A stretch of DNA of 31,500 nucleotides from a virus (Duplodnaviria; Caudoviricetes). Every line of letters begins with the position of its first letter. The stretch's first letter is position 1. The notes under the pieces were generated by a model. The model saw nothing but the letters and a program-made list of their open reading frames with translations. It was not told where the DNA came from and did no database searches. The position numbers and the translations under genes were made by a program. The stretch is from positions 1 to 31,500 of the IMG/VR virus record IMGVR_UViG_3300046795_000031, one strand, 5' to 3'. This document shows positions 31,037 to 31,500 of this stretch, piece after piece.

Positions 31037-31482
31037 GGCAATCCTGCCGTTCCCGTCGTCACGCGCGTCGGCGCCCCGCTGATCCTGACCGTTGCGCCCA
31101 TTCTGATCGCTTTGGTGAAATCGAGATTCGGCGCCGGCGATGTCAAGAAGCCGGGAAAGCCCCAGCCGTGCAGACCGCCGGGAAGTATAATGCCCCATAA
31201 CCGCACCGGCAGCGGCTCGGCGACGGCGTCGTCGTACAAAACAATATGAATCGGGATATTGACGATGTCCCAGAGCACCTCTAACGGCAACTCGCCGCCG
31301 TCCCTGAGTGTTGCGGCGTACTCTTTGTATCCACCCGGTGAACTATGATTAGTTATTTCGTCGAAATCTTGGCGGATTTGCGGCCCCGTCAATACGGTAC
31401 ATTGCGGGATCTCTTCGTAAGTCGATGATGTCGGATTTTTCCGATATAACTTCGACCCCTTCGCGAGCATGTATGTCGACAT
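31033..31482 (-). CDS. Major tail (tube) protein
   Basis: GSKLY...TGPQI...DEITNHSSPGGYKEY...LRDGGE...GFPGFLT...ATVRISGAP. GGAG RBS. Confidence 0.9.
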   Translation of the reverse strand: MSTYMLAKGSKLYRKNPTSSTYEEIPQCTVLTGPQIRQDFDEITNHSSPGGYKEYAATLRDGGELPLEVLWDIVNIPIHIVLYDDAVAEPLPVRLWGIILPGGLHGWGFPGFLTSPAPNLDFTKAIRMGATVRISGAPTRVTTGTAGLP

Positions 31483-31500
31483 GGTTTTTTTCTCCGTATG

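Noticed and set aside
30496-31200. 234-aa plus-strand ORF
   Set aside because: Antisense to the tail chaperone and major tail genes. It stays open partly because repeat B9 is stop-poor.
1-31500. tRNA, rRNA or IS transposase genes
   Set aside because: No cloverleaf, rRNA-like segment, or DDE/HUH transposase ORF recognised by eye.

Overview
The window is most of the genome of a long-tailed, siphovirus-like dsDNA phage, read almost entirely on the minus strand. From 31.5 kb leftwards the order is: major tail protein, G/GT tail chaperones with a -1 frameshift, tape measure, tail-tip module, and a ~11 kb array of fibre/adhesin-like genes. These are followed by two plus-strand genes (one an XRE repressor) and an early/replication operon (immunity protein, J-domain protein, initiator, C5 methyltransferase, RusA-like protein). 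The left end holds HNH nucleases and the start of the terminase small subunit. No integrase, endolysin or RAYT transposase is recognisable. Two dispersed palindromic repeat families (9 loci each) sit at gene junctions and are repeatedly translated. Family A is a GTAG-flanked REP-like 20-bp palindrome that supplies stop codons or an in-frame AIHESP peptide. Family B is a hairpin of 8-bp units that encodes 'basic then hydrophobic' peptide in any frame and on either strand. It forms the signal peptides of three consecutive adhesin-like genes and four 32-33 aa micro-ORFs coupled by (A/G)TGA overlaps. The methyltransferase locus is dual-coded: a beta-subunit-like ORF and an HNH endonuclease both lie in the +1 frame inside the open alpha ORF. 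All calls come from reading the sequence; no database searches were run.
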